NCBI GenBank assembly: GCA_017962825.1
Contig: JAGCUO010000201.1
Span: forward strand, 69,052-133,051
Direction: 5' to 3'
Origin: Lachnospiraceae bacterium
GTDB taxonomy: Bacteria > Bacillota > Clostridia > Lachnospirales > Lachnospiraceae
DNA length: 64,000 nucleotides
Below the pieces are notes generated by a model that was given only the letters and a program-made list of their open reading frames with translations, had not been told where the DNA came from and made no database searches. Shown here piece after piece: positions 30,938 through 40,498 of the stretch. Positions within the stretch are counted from its first letter, which is position 1. Each line of letters opens with the position of its first letter. A program made the position numbers and the translations under genes.

Positions 30938-31047
30938 AATATCCTCCTGAATATGTTTATTCCGAACAATTACGGTTTGAACATAAGTTGATTATATAGC
31001 AAGAATCGGCAATATTCTATATGAAAAAATGCAATTTGAAAAAAGTG

Positions 31048-31108
31048 TTGACATGCGAAAATATGTTCGATATAATCCAAACAGAACAAATGTTCAGAAC
31101 ATATATTC
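31048..31108 (+). promoter_or_regulatory. Consensus SigA promoter with three SOS boxes upstream of the yneA-like gene
   Basis: TTGACA (31048)-17 bp-TATAAT (31071). Boxes GAAA-atat-GTTC (31057), perfect GAAC-aaat-GTTC (31084) and GAAC-atat-ATTC (31097). Confidence 0.88.
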
Positions 31109-31118
31109 GGAGGAGATC

Positions 31119-31460
31119 ATGAGAACACTGATTAGCTTAAACAGAAGACAGGCACTTATCGGCGCGATAGTTCTTGCAGCTGTTATGATATTGTTTATCG
31201 GCGCATTTGCCATCAGAACAAAAGCCGGATCACCCGCCGAGTATGATGGTAACGTTTATTATAAATATACTACCATGTACAGAGTCTGCGACGGCGATAC
31301 ACTTACTTCAATCGCTGAGCGGTATATGGATGAAATCCACTATTCATCGGTATCGGAGTATGTTTCCGAAGTGCGTAAGATGAATCAGATGTATTACTCG
31401 GATGAGATTAAAGCAGGTGAACTTATCAGTATTTGCTATTATTCAACAGAGTATAAATAA
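31119..31460 (+). CDS. yneA: SOS-induced cell division inhibitor, YneA-like (TM plus LysM)
   Basis: N-terminal TM, LysM Y.V..GDTL..IA..Y, GGAGG RBS, SOS boxes, divergent from lexA. Confidence 0.8.
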   Translation: MRTLISLNRRQALIGAIVLAAVMILFIGAFAIRTKAGSPAEYDGNVYYKYTTMYRVCDGDTLTSIAERYMDEIHYSSVSEYVSEVRKMNQMYYSDEIKAGELISICYYSTEYK

Positions 31461-31498
31461 TACATATAAATCACAAAGAGTTATATAAATATAACATT

Positions 31499-31526
31499 TT
31501 GCAATAATAATTTCTCTTTTTGGATT
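31499..31526. other. Candidate dif-like Xer recombination site
   Basis: Minus strand reads AATCCAAAAAGAGAAATTATTATTGCAA, similar in arms and spacing to streptococcal difSL as I recall it. It lies about 55 bp from the recombinase 3' end. Confidence 0.35.
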
Positions 31527-31543
31527 GAAAATACCACATAAAT

Positions 31544-31575
31544 AATCGGATCCTCTGTATAGAAGATCCGATTTT
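31544..31575. terminator. Hairpin between the convergent yneA and recombinase genes
   Basis: AATCGGATC/GATCCGATT stem. Confidence 0.65.
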
Positions 31576-31581
31576 GTTATT

Positions 31582-32676
31582 TCAATCATCTTTTGGCTTC
31601 TTTTTGTTCTTTTCCGGAGCCTTTTCACGAAGCGTTACAGCATTTGCGGCATGTTTTCTGCTTTCCTCGAACTGGGCTGCATAATGTTTTCTGGTGGTAT
31701 TAACATCTTTATGTCCAAGAACATCAGCTACAAGATAGATATCACCGGTTTCTCGGTAAAGAGCGGTACCGTATGTGCTTCTCAATTTATGAGGAGTGAT
31801 CTTCTTGAGAGTAGTAAGCCTGGAAGAGTACTTCTTAACAAGCTTCTCCACGGCTCTTACACTTATTCTCTTATTCTGGAGAGAAAGGAAGAGTGCATTC
31901 TCAGATCCTCTTTCTGCATTGATACGTTCTCGTTCTTCCAGATAATCATGAAGAGCTGCCTCAACTTCGTCACCGAAATATACAATGGCTTCGTTTCCGC
32001 CTTTTCGGGTAACCTTAATTCCGCCGTTTTTAAAATCAACATCATTTAAGTTAATACCGACGCATTCGGATACACGGATTCCGGTTCCCAGCAAAAGAGT
32101 AAGAATGGCTATATCCCTCGTCTTGGTCCGGGAGTGGTAGATCAGTTCTTTGTCGGTGAGATTCTCTCCGGTTTCAACCATATCCAGCAGTCTTGCAACC
32201 TCATCGGTATCAAGTCTTATGATTTCTTTTTCATGGATCTTGGGAGGGATGACGAGTTCTGCCGTGTTCTTGGAAACACGTTCAGTTTCGAAAAAGTATT
32301 TATACATACTCCTTAAAGCTGAGAGTTTTCTTGCTTTGCCTCTTTCCCCGTTTATAACGGTTCTTCCGTCTTTTTCATAAAGGGATATGTTTTCAAGATA
32401 TTCTTCGATATCGCTTCTTGTGATGCTTTCGAGTATCGAAATATTAAAATCCGGAATTTCTTTATTTTTCAGAGAAGGATTGTTTTCTTTGAGGAACTCA
32501 AAAAACATCCTTATGTCATAGGCATAAGCAAGACGCGTTCTGGCTGAAGTGTTTGATTCAACCGATCTGAAATATTCTTTGAGCCAGGAGGGGAGAGTAT
32601 CAAGAACGAGACGCATTTTGCGGATATTGTCCCTTACCTGAGCCTCATGATAATTTTCGTTATTAAGTACTGCCAT
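31582..32676 (-). CDS. Chromosomal tyrosine recombinase, XerS-like
   Basis: Full catalytic set GIRVSE, TRKGG, HKLR, LGH, Y. N-terminus (LPSWLKEY..T..AY..D...FF.FL) and 364-aa length resemble XerS. No phage genes nearby. Confidence 0.85.
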   Translation of the reverse strand: MAVLNNENYHEAQVRDNIRKMRLVLDTLPSWLKEYFRSVESNTSARTRLAYAYDIRMFFEFLKENNPSLKNKEIPDFNISILESITRSDIEEYLENISLYEKDGRTVINGERGKARKLSALRSMYKYFFETERVSKNTAELVIPPKIHEKEIIRLDTDEVARLLDMVETGENLTDKELIYHSRTKTRDIAILTLLLGTGIRVSECVGINLNDVDFKNGGIKVTRKGGNEAIVYFGDEVEAALHDYLEERERINAERGSENALFLSLQNKRISVRAVEKLVKKYSSRLTTLKKITPHKLRSTYGTALYRETGDIYLVADVLGHKDVNTTRKHYAAQFEESRKHAANAVTLREKAPEKNKKKPKDD

Positions 32677-32765
32677 AGTTAGATTTTATCACAATTCTTT
32701 AAGTCAAAGTGATGAAATTTGATGCCCCAAATGTTATAATTACTTAGTTCTAAAGGGGTGATGAC

Positions 32766-34187
32766 ATGACCAATTTCAAAGACGACAGAGAAGAAAAAGA
32801 TATAATCACAGTCAATTCCGAAGGCAGGATCCGTAACAAAAATAAGAATCCTAAATTCGACAACCATTATTTCAAATGGGGACTGACATTCTTTGTTACT
32901 TTCTTATGTTGCATTCTGTCTATCTACATTGTTTTTTATTATGACGAATTCAAGGCAAGCATAAAACATATCAATAAGATCCTGTCGCCCGTTTATGTAG
33001 GATTTATTATTGCATATCTTTACAGCCCTTTGTTGAACTTACTCGAAACAAAGGTAATGTATCCGATATATAAGAAAATCAAGTTTATAAAAGATGATAA
33101 CAAGATGCCCCTGGCAAGAGGCACTTCCATTATCATAATCATCATCTTATCGATGTTATTGGTATATGCGATCATTCAGATAGCCATCAAACAGGTTATT
33201 CCTTCACTGAAGAACATAGTCTCCAATATCGATATATATCTGAATAATATAACTGTCTGGTTTGGTGAATTTCTTGAAGATAATCCTTCTGTTAAAGCCT
33301 TTGTGGTGGATGATCTTAATAACTTTTCGGATGATATCTCAAGCTGGGTAAATGAGCTTTTTAAAACACTTACCGGCAATGTTTTCAAGTTCCTGTCTCA
33401 AAGTTTTCTGACGTTTATAAAAAAGCTTTGGAACTTCATAATCGGATTTATCATATCCATTTATGTGCTCTGGAGTAAGGAACATCATGTGGGAAGAAGC
33501 AAGAAAGTGATCTATTCGATTTTTCCCAGAGAGACTGCAAATGCTCTTGTTGAGGCCTTCAGATACACTCACAGAACCTTCATCGGATTTTTCTTCGGAA
33601 AGATAATTGATTCGATACTCGTGGGACTGATCTGTTTTATGGGATGTACTCTGATGCAGATCCCTTATGCGATCCTTATAAGCATTATCGTAGGTGTGAC
33701 CAATATCATCCCTTTCTTCGGACCGTATTTCGGAGCAATCCCTTCCACGATTCTTATATTTGCTTTTGATCCTCTGCACCCGGGAAAAGCTCTTGCTTTT
33801 GTTTTATTTATCATTGCATTGCAGCAGTTCGACGGAAATGTTCTTGGGCCCAGGATCCTTTCAACATCAACCGGACTTACCGGATTCTGGATCATCTTTT
33901 CCATCACATTGTTCGGAGGCCTGTTCGGCGTATTCGGCATGGTGATCGGTGTTCCTGTTTTTGCCGTCATTTATGCAGGTCTTAAGCAGTTTGGCAGAAA
34001 CAGACTTAAGAAAAAGGGTTATCCCTACAGAACAACCGATTACATCGAAGTGGGCAGCATTAATGAAGACGGCTCCGTAAATCCCATTCCCCCCATTGAA
34101 AAGAGACCGGAAAAGAAAGCGTTTATTTCAACGGTTATAGATAATTTTAAAAGTATTAAAAACGGTAAAGAAAAAAAGAAAAAATGA
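32766..34187 (+). CDS. AI-2E family transporter
   Basis: Polytopic; [25 protein letters not shown]. Confidence 0.9.
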   Translation: MTNFKDDREEKDIITVNSEGRIRNKNKNPKFDNHYFKWGLTFFVTFLCCILSIYIVFYYDEFKASIKHINKILSPVYVGFIIAYLYSPLLNLLETKVMYPIYKKIKFIKDDNKMPLARGTSIIIIIILSMLLVYAIIQIAIKQVIPSLKNIVSNIDIYLNNITVWFGEFLEDNPSVKAFVVDDLNNFSDDISSWVNELFKTLTGNVFKFLSQSFLTFIKKLWNFIIGFIISIYVLWSKEHHVGRSKKVIYSIFPRETANALVEAFRYTHRTFIGFFFGKIIDSILVGLICFMGCTLMQIPYAILISIIVGVTNIIPFFGPYFGAIPSTILIFAFDPLHPGKALAFVLFIIALQQFDGNVLGPRILSTSTGLTGFWIIFSITLFGGLFGVFGMVIGVPVFAVIYAGLKQFGRNRLKKKGYPYRTTDYIEVGSINEDGSVNPIPPIEKRPEKKAFISTVIDNFKSIKNGKEKKKK

Positions 34188-35707
34188 AATTTGTAATCCA
34201 AAGAGTTTTAAATGCATCGGTATCGGTCATTGAAACTTCTCAGACAGATAAACAAAGTGAAAGAATATCAGGATTCATCGGTAAAGGATTCCTGGTTCTT
34301 TGTGGTATCACTAAAAATGATACATTAGAAACCGCGGATAAGATGATCAAGAAACTTCTCGGTCTCAGGATATTTGAAGACGAAAACGGAAAGACCAATC
34401 TTGATCTTAAGGCTGTCGGCGGTGAACTTCTGATCGTTTCTCAGTTTACTCTTTGTGCAGATTGCAGTCACGGAAACAGACCTGCATTTATAAATGCTGC
34501 AAGACCCGAGCAGGCAATTCCAATATATGAACATATAGTAGAAGAGTGCCGAAAAGCAGGATTCATGACCGAGACAGGAGAGTTCGGTGCCGATATGAGA
34601 GTGGACCTTACCAATGACGGTCCCTTTACCATCGTTCTTGATTCAGATGACCTTAAGACTAATTCCGTAGATTCAGGTTCCCAAATACTTGATAATCTGT
34701 CCAAAGAAACTGCTGCAGATGTTTTAAAAACCTGTTTCAAATTACGCGGTGCCGAGGATTTCGGTGAAGCCATTAACGAAGTTATTATCGATATCAGAAG
34801 GATATGCGAAGCAAAGAATGTTTGTCTTCTTTTGGTGGACAAAGCAAATCGGAAATGCTCAATGCTTGCACGTTCCAATTCGGATGATGCGGTTGAGGAT
34901 CCCATCGATTGGCGCAGTGAAGAACAATTCAGACTTGTTGAAACCTGGAACAAGATCGTTCACGATGATAAAAGTCTGATAATAAAAGATATAGCAGATC
35001 TTCAAAAGATCAATTCCAAGAATCCTGCCTGGTATAAATCACTTATAAAAGCTCATATTTACAATATAGTGCTTTGCCCTCTAAGTTTTGAAGGTGAACT
35101 GATCGGATATATATGGGCATCGAATTTTGAAACGGCAAGTACTGTACGTATAAAGGAAACACTTGAGCTGACAACATTTTTCCTTTCGTCCGAAATATCA
35201 AGATTCAGATTGCTTAACAGATTGCATATGCTCAGCACCGTAGATCTCCTTACCGGTGTATTTAATCGTAATGCAATGAACGACAGAGTTGATTCGCTTA
35301 TCAAAGACAAAGATAAGACACTTCATCCTCTTGGCGTTGTTTTCGCGGATCTTAACGGACTCAAGAGAGTAAATGATACCAAGGGGCATGAAGCAGGAGA
35401 CCTTCTTCTCAAAAATGCGGCCCTTATTCTTCAGGGCGTCTTTGTCGGATATGAGATATTCAGAGCGGGAGGAGATGAATTTTTTATTCTCCTCAAAGAT
35501 GTATCCGAAGAGGAAGTACTGAATAAAGTATCCGAACTTAGAGATGTATTATTATCAAATGAAAGCGTGAGCTTTGCAATCGGTCACAGTTATGTCGAAA
35601 GTACAAAAGAAGTTCTGAGAGCTTTCCACGAAGCTGATGAATCGATGTATGCTGATAAGAGAAAATTCTACATGGAGCACAAAGAGTTAGATCAAAGACG
35701 CAGATAG
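34184..35707 (+). CDS. dtd: Fusion of D-aminoacyl-tRNA deacylase (Dtd), a GAF-like domain and a GGDEF diguanylate cyclase
   Basis: aa 1-157: VIQRV, SQFTL, GNRP, GEFGADM, NDGPFT. C-terminus: DLLTG..NR, DLNGLK.VND..GH..GD, RAGGDEF. Confidence 0.88.
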   Translation: MKFVIQRVLNASVSVIETSQTDKQSERISGFIGKGFLVLCGITKNDTLETADKMIKKLLGLRIFEDENGKTNLDLKAVGGELLIVSQFTLCADCSHGNRPAFINAARPEQAIPIYEHIVEECRKAGFMTETGEFGADMRVDLTNDGPFTIVLDSDDLKTNSVDSGSQILDNLSKETAADVLKTCFKLRGAEDFGEAINEVIIDIRRICEAKNVCLLLVDKANRKCSMLARSNSDDAVEDPIDWRSEEQFRLVETWNKIVHDDKSLIIKDIADLQKINSKNPAWYKSLIKAHIYNIVLCPLSFEGELIGYIWASNFETASTVRIKETLELTTFFLSSEISRFRLLNRLHMLSTVDLLTGVFNRNAMNDRVDSLIKDKDKTLHPLGVVFADLNGLKRVNDTKGHEAGDLLLKNAALILQGVFVGYEIFRAGGDEFFILLKDVSEEEVLNKVSELRDVLLSNESVSFAIGHSYVESTKEVLRAFHEADESMYADKRKFYMEHKELDQRRR

Positions 35708-35728
35708 TCTTGTTAACTTATTAACAAT

Positions 35729-36271
35729 ATGAGAGTGTACGATAATATAGTTTTGATAGGAATGCCGGGAGTCGGCAAAAGCACAGCCGGAGTTATTGCT
35801 GCCAAGACTCTCGGCCTTAAATTTGAAGACACGGATCTGATAATTCAATCAAGGGAAAAAAGACTTCTTAAACAGATAATTGCCGATGATGGCGTCGAAG
35901 GATTCCTTAAGATTGAAGAAAATGTCCTTAAAAGTCTGGATCAGAAGGGATTTTTGATAGCCACAGGCGGCAGCGCCGTATACGGTTTCGAAGGTATGGA
36001 ACATTTACGTGAGAATTCACTGATAATATACCTTCATATAGGTCTTGAGGAACTTACTCACAGACTTGGTAATCTGCAAAACCGCGGCGTCGTTTTAAAG
36101 CCCGGACAAACCCTTGCGGATATTTATGACGAACGTTTAACGCTTTACAGACGATTTGCAGATATCGAAATTGACGAAACCGGACTTGATCTTGAAGCAA
36201 CCGTTTCAAAAATATGCAGTGGGGCACCTATATACAACTATTCGCAAAATGCGGATTTAACGAATAGTTAA
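35729..36271 (+). CDS. aroK: Shikimate kinase
   Basis: IGMPGVGKST, DTD, ATGGS, ER..LY. Confidence 0.9.
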   Translation: MRVYDNIVLIGMPGVGKSTAGVIAAKTLGLKFEDTDLIIQSREKRLLKQIIADDGVEGFLKIEENVLKSLDQKGFLIATGGSAVYGFEGMEHLRENSLIIYLHIGLEELTHRLGNLQNRGVVLKPGQTLADIYDERLTLYRRFADIEIDETGLDLEATVSKICSGAPIYNYSQNADLTNS

Positions 36272-36313
36272 TACCGCAGGATCATTAAGAAAGGAATCAG
36301 AGTATTTGCATAC

Positions 36314-36796
36314 ATGTCCGATTTTTTTAAACAACTATTGATTTATCATATTATTTTATATGGAATTATTATTGTTCTCTTGATAATTATATTTGTATAT
36401 AGACAGAGAATAAAGGCAAAACATCCGCCATATTATAATATTAATATTGTGGAGGGCAAAAAAATTGCTAGTGTATATATTTGGCAAAACGGAACAAGAA
36501 ATACAAAAGGTCATTATTCATGCTATAAGTTTGAACAGATAAATGATGAATGGGCTTTGATAGATATCAAAAATCATACACTTACCGTAATTTTTTTCCT
36601 TGTGTTTATATTTATTCCTTCATCAATCATTATCATTATTAAAGGCGAAAAAATTGTTCCATCAATCATTGCGATGGCTATTTTTACTTTAATCGTTATT
36701 TTATGTACCATATTGGAGGAATATTTAGATAAGAAAAGAGCTCACAAAAAATTTCTAAAAATGTTAGATGATCCTAGTAATTATATGCACTATTGA
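36314..36796 (+). CDS. Hypothetical AT-rich membrane protein (three TM)
   Basis: 160-aa ORF with three hydrophobic segments; visibly more AT-rich than its neighbours. Confidence 0.6.
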   Translation: MSDFFKQLLIYHIILYGIIIVLLIIIFVYRQRIKAKHPPYYNINIVEGKKIASVYIWQNGTRNTKGHYSCYKFEQINDEWALIDIKNHTLTVIFFLVFIFIPSSIIIIIKGEKIVPSIIAMAIFTLIVILCTILEEYLDKKRAHKKFLKMLDDPSNYMHY

Positions 36797-36828
36797 TTTA
36801 TAAGTAAGAAATACAGAGGTTTAATAAA

Positions 36829-37995
36829 ATGAAATTTGCAGACAGACTTGATAATTTTGGTGCAGAGATTTTTGCGGCTTTGAACGAAAAGAAAATCGCA
36901 TGTGAAGCCAAAGGTCAGAAAATTTATAATTTCTCCGTAGGTACACCTGATTTTCCTGTTCCGGATCATATTAAAAATGCTCTTATCGAAGCTGCTCAGG
37001 ATCCCGTTAATTGGAAGTATTCATTAAGGGATATGCCCGAGATGCTCGAAGCTGTTTGTGCATACTTTAAAAAGCGTTATGATGTAGACGGAATCACTCC
37101 GGATATGGTCATGAGCTGCTACGGAACCCAGGAAGGATGCGGACATCTTGCACTGGCACTTCTTAACAAGGGAGACACGATACTTCTTCCGGATCCCTGT
37201 TATCCCGTATTTCAGGCAGGAACATTCCTTGCTGAAGCAACTCCTTACTACTACCCTCTTGTAGCTGAAAATAACTTCCTTCCCGATGTTAATTCCATTC
37301 CTGAGGATGTTGCAAAGAAAGCCAAGGTAATGATCGTATCACTTCCGGCAAATCCTGTAGGAAGTGTTGCACGCGAAGGAATCTATGACGAGATCATAGC
37401 ATGGGCCAAGAAATACGATGTTGTGATCGTACATGACAATGCATACAGCGATATTATTTATGACGAAAATGTAGGAAATTCATTCCTTAAATACGACGGA
37501 GCTCTTGATGTAGGAGTTGAGTTCTTCTCATTATCCAAGTCCTATGACGTTACCGGAGCAAGAATAAGCTTCCTTGTAGGCCGTAAAGACATCGTTGCAG
37601 CCGTTAAGAAGCTCAGAAGCCAGATAGATTTCGGTATGTTCATTCCTATTCAGAAAGCTGCTATTGCCGCTCTTACGGGACCTATGGACTCGGTTAAGGA
37701 GCAAAATAAAGAGTATCAGAGAAGGCGTGATGCATTATGCGGTGGTGCAAGGAAGATCGGTTGGAATATTCCCGATGCAAAAGGTTCTATGTTCGTATGG
37801 GCACCTGTTCCCGAAGGTCACGGATCATCTATGGAATTTTGCATGGAACTTCTGGAGAAAACCGGGGTTTTATGCACGCCCGGTTCATCATTCGGTCCTT
37901 CAGGTGAGGGATATGTAAGAATGGCCTTAGTAGCCACTGTTCCCGTTATAGAGGAAGCTCTTAAAGCTGTAGCTGACAGCGGAATCCTTAAATAA
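36829..37995 (+). CDS. PLP-dependent class I/II aminotransferase, LL-diaminopimelate aminotransferase-like
   Basis: G.PD, PANPVG, HDNAYSDI, SLSKSY...G.R, PGSSFG..GEGYVR. Confidence 0.85.
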   Translation: MKFADRLDNFGAEIFAALNEKKIACEAKGQKIYNFSVGTPDFPVPDHIKNALIEAAQDPVNWKYSLRDMPEMLEAVCAYFKKRYDVDGITPDMVMSCYGTQEGCGHLALALLNKGDTILLPDPCYPVFQAGTFLAEATPYYYPLVAENNFLPDVNSIPEDVAKKAKVMIVSLPANPVGSVAREGIYDEIIAWAKKYDVVIVHDNAYSDIIYDENVGNSFLKYDGALDVGVEFFSLSKSYDVTGARISFLVGRKDIVAAVKKLRSQIDFGMFIPIQKAAIAALTGPMDSVKEQNKEYQRRRDALCGGARKIGWNIPDAKGSMFVWAPVPEGHGSSMEFCMELLEKTGVLCTPGSSFGPSGEGYVRMALVATVPVIEEALKAVADSGILK

Positions 37996-38015
37996 CGGAA
38001 GAGTAATGAATTATC

Positions 38016-38055
38016 AAAAAAAGATACATCTTCAAATTTGAAGATGTATCCTTTT
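38016..38055. terminator. Bidirectional terminator at the main strand-convergence point
   Basis: Perfect 28-bp palindrome GATACATCTTCAAA/TTTGAAGATGTATC (38023-38050) with A- and T-runs. Confidence 0.8.
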
Positions 38056-38056
38056 A

Positions 38057-39418
38057 TTATCTGCCTCCTCTTCTGTCCTGTCCTGATCTTATATAGAAAT
38101 TACGCTTATCTTCATACATTCTCTGATCTGCCGTCTTTGCCAGATCGGTTATGGACATCTCGGGGAATTCATAATGCGGAGCATATCCTTTTGACATGGA
38201 AAGCGACAGATTCAGTTCTCCTTTCCATTTGCCTACGGATCTGTCCAGAGTTTCCTTGCATTTCTCCAGATTCTTTTCGTCACAGCATATAATGGCTACG
38301 AATTCATCACCGCCGGTTCTGAAAATATTACCGTAATCTTTAAAACAATTTCTAAGACATGTTGCGGCACCTTTGATCAGTTCATCTCCGGCCTCATGCC
38401 CCAGATTATCATTGGCTTTTTTGAGTCCGTTTATATCTACCGCAACATAGACTAGCTTGCTGCACATTTTAGCATCGTTAGCTATATCTTTTAATTTCTC
38501 TTCATATGCTCTGCGGTTGAAACAACCGGTAAGTTTATCTATATTGGATATCTTCCATAGTTCATCATTGGCTTCACGGATCTTTATGACCATGTTTGCA
38601 AAAAGAGCAACCAAAGATGAAATACATAAGAAAACGATAACTACTACAATAAAGTTTTTATATGAATACCATCCCTCACTTGGACAGATGGATAACTCCC
38701 AAATAAGATTATCTACATTGAATCTGTATATAATTTCATCATTGAGAGGTGTAGAACATTCGGTAATAACGTGCTTGGTATTATGAGAATCGATATAACA
38801 CAGTCTGTAATTAATTCCCATTTCATTGAACGCATTAAATTTTAAAGCTTCGATAAAATTGTCGGAATTAATACTAACCTTTACTATACCCCAAAACCAG
38901 GAATTACCACCGCTTCTGATATAAAGCGGTGTTGTGGATGTCATACCTATCCCGTTTGCAGCCAGATCATAATAATGATTCAATATAGTAATGCCATTGT
39001 TATATGCTTCTTTGGACTGAACATTTCCGGGTTTTGTAACATCCAGAAGATCAAATCCTATCAGATCTTCATTACCCTCATAAGGATATACATCGGATAT
39101 TATTCCATCGGGAGCAATTGCTATATATTCAAGCCTGATACCAGTCTGTAATAAAACATCATCATATATATCATCAGACATTGAATCAAAGAATTCGGTT
39201 CCGCCGTTATGATCCTGGATCAGTGCATTCATTACACCGGTTCTTAGAATTACGTTATTAACAGTGGTGATTATATGGTCGGCTTTATCTTTGGCAATGT
39301 AATTATAGATGTTTTTGGAATTTCGAATCTCGCCTTGGACATACAAAGAATAAGCTCCCATGAGCAAGGCAAAAGTAATGAAATATATTATACTTAATGA
39401 TAATATCTTTTTTCTCAC
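38057..39418 (-). CDS. Membrane sensor diguanylate cyclase (CHASE-like plus GGDEF)
   Basis: Two TMs flank APDGII..VYP.EGNE...G.DL...FWG; DINGLK.AND.LGH.AGD, RTGGDEF. Confidence 0.9.
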   Translation of the reverse strand: MRKKILSLSIIYFITFALLMGAYSLYVQGEIRNSKNIYNYIAKDKADHIITTVNNVILRTGVMNALIQDHNGGTEFFDSMSDDIYDDVLLQTGIRLEYIAIAPDGIISDVYPYEGNEDLIGFDLLDVTKPGNVQSKEAYNNGITILNHYYDLAANGIGMTSTTPLYIRSGGNSWFWGIVKVSINSDNFIEALKFNAFNEMGINYRLCYIDSHNTKHVITECSTPLNDEIIYRFNVDNLIWELSICPSEGWYSYKNFIVVVIVFLCISSLVALFANMVIKIREANDELWKISNIDKLTGCFNRRAYEEKLKDIANDAKMCSKLVYVAVDINGLKKANDNLGHEAGDELIKGAATCLRNCFKDYGNIFRTGGDEFVAIICCDEKNLEKCKETLDRSVGKWKGELNLSLSMSKGYAPHYEFPEMSITDLAKTADQRMYEDKRNFYIRSGQDRRGGR

Positions 39419-39452
39419 TGATGTATCTGACCCCTCGTACAGATGCTACAGG

Positions 39453-40493
39453 TTACTTTAATTGTTCGTATAAAGGCGGAAATTCTTTTTTGCGTGTTAT
39501 CTCAACCAGTCCGAGTTGAGTTATGTCGATAACCATAACGGTTACTGTATCGGATTCGAATCCTGTTCTTAATATTTCAAGCAGTTCTTCACGATCACTT
39601 TCTGTACTGAGATTTATAAAATCAATTATTACAATACCGGATATATTACGAAGCCTTAGCTGTCTGCATATCTCCTCAGCGGCTTCCCTGTTAACACTCA
39701 TATAAGCGGATTCTTTATCAGTGCCTTTAGCAGGTGTATATTTACCGCTGTTAACGTCTATCACAGTCATGGCTTCGGTTTTATCGAAGATAAGAAAGCC
39801 ACCGCATTTAAGCCAGACATTACGGTCTAAAGCTTCATCAAGAGCCGTTCTAAGACTATACAGTTTGTCCAGGCCAAACGGATCTTCATAAAATCTGACA
39901 TTTGAAAAATTTTTAAGTAAAACATCAAAAATATCTTTCCGATCGGTAACTATTTCCTGATATTCATTTTGCCTGAATACTTTATTTATCCTATCCGTAT
40001 AAGAATTTTCCGATTTATACAGATATGAATATTTCGAAAGGTGTGAAGCCTTGTTTTTTAATTCGTCCGAATTTTCATATTTGGAATAATCGATCTTTGC
40101 GGTAAATGATGCTCTTTTACCTTTTTGTGCCTGAGATGTCAGCCTTACCGGGATAAGATCTCCCTGTTTGACATTCATACCTTTTGGGAGTTTGTTTACG
40201 GGTAAATATCCGTCGAAACCCTGCGCATATTCTATAAAACAGGCACCCAGATCGGATTTAACGTCTTTAACATATGCAATAACTATATCATCGGATGTTA
40301 ATTCCGGCTCAGAGTTTTCGGACGATACCTTACCAAGCACGGTTATACACTTTATTTTTCCCGATATAGTAAGGAAGCCTATTATGTTTTTATCCAGTGA
40401 TGTTATTATCAGTTTTCCGGATTCCGAAGTGCGAAGCATTTCAAGATCACGGGCTGTTCCTTTATCTGTTGATTGCAAAACGGATCTGCTCAT
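39453..40493 (-). CDS. RNase E/G family ribonuclease (short)
   Basis: S1-like region, EAMTVIDVNSG, LRLRNISG.VIIDFI, GLVEITRK. Confidence 0.9.
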   Translation of the reverse strand: MSRSVLQSTDKGTARDLEMLRTSESGKLIITSLDKNIIGFLTISGKIKCITVLGKVSSENSEPELTSDDIVIAYVKDVKSDLGACFIEYAQGFDGYLPVNKLPKGMNVKQGDLIPVRLTSQAQKGKRASFTAKIDYSKYENSDELKNKASHLSKYSYLYKSENSYTDRINKVFRQNEYQEIVTDRKDIFDVLLKNFSNVRFYEDPFGLDKLYSLRTALDEALDRNVWLKCGGFLIFDKTEAMTVIDVNSGKYTPAKGTDKESAYMSVNREAAEEICRQLRLRNISGIVIIDFINLSTESDREELLEILRTGFESDTVTVMVIDITQLGLVEITRKKEFPPLYEQLK

Positions 40494-40498
40494 AAAAC

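Noticed and set aside
31582-32676. Tyrosine recombinase as a prophage or ICE integrase
   Set aside because: No phage, excisionase, conjugation or tRNA/att features nearby; the flanks are housekeeping genes and the protein looks XerS-like.
38023-38050. Perfect 28-bp palindrome as the dif site
   Set aside because: dif sites have an asymmetric central spacer. This one has none and has A/T tails between convergent genes, so a bidirectional terminator fits better.
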